Part shown: positions 63,933-64,000 of the stretch, in pieces | Numbering within the stretch: the stretch's first letter is position 1 | Layout of the letters: the number at the start of each line of letters is the position of its first letter | NCBI GenBank assembly: GCA_903847315.1 | Contig: CAINDG010000047.1 | Coordinates: 15,109 to 79,108 of the forward strand | Length of the DNA stretch: 64,000 nucleotides | Source of the DNA: an uncultured Planctomycetota bacterium | Lineage (GTDB): Bacteria; Planctomycetota; Phycisphaerae; Sedimentisphaerales; UBA12454 | Direction: 5' to 3' | The notes under the pieces: generated by a model | Database searches by the model: none | The model's input: only the letters and a program-made list of their open reading frames with translations | Told to the model about the DNA's origin: nothing | Made by a program: the position numbers and the translations under genes

Positions 63933-64000
63933 CAGCCGAACCCGCTATAAGAACCTTTCTTGACCCCGCACCTACTTCATATTCTCGTCATAAACAAACA

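Overview
By inference this is a chromosomal segment of a PVC-superphylum bacterium, probably Planctomycetota/Phycisphaerae-like. It carries many PEP-CTERM, HAF-repeat, LamG and dockerin-like surface proteins, a DUF1559-type pseudopilin and pectin-degrading enzymes. All calls rest on motif recognition in the supplied translations and on reading the DNA; no searches were run. Housekeeping genes (rlmN, phosphomannomutase, trxB, citrate synthase, RNase P RNA, a MATE pump, a PAS/His-kinase phosphorelay) are interleaved with accessory blocks. The main observation is that apparently intact phage head and packaging genes are scattered rather than clustered. A portal-scaffold-capsid module sits at 1-2200 and an orphan large terminase at 43640-45115. 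A small-terminase-like HTH gene is at 26984-27391 and a ParB-like nuclease plus wHTH-like gene at 19793-21395. Next to these is an uncharacterised operon of a double-HTH protein, a minimal ABC ATPase and a GNAT-like protein (15630-17483). Several of these genes have their own near-consensus promoters and share AT-rich upstream boxes, which fits a domesticated or GTA-like element or a badly scrambled prophage. Other notable features:
- A 27-nt perfect duplicate of the rnpB leader and P1 5' end lies 4.5 kb upstream of the real rnpB.
- A ~78-bp promoter cassette is duplicated in front of the terminase and a giant pectate-lyase/RCC1 protein.
- Short junction repeats form ORF 3' ends in a PEP-CTERM gene block.
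- A 1279-aa coiled-coil protein carries Cys clusters at both ends.
- A porin 5' fragment is duplicated next to that coiled-coil gene.
- A four-lipoprotein CsgG/LpoB/YcfL operon is present.
- An XRE regulator is co-transcribed with three tandem membrane paralogs.

No CRISPR array, tRNA, rRNA, transposase or integrase was seen.
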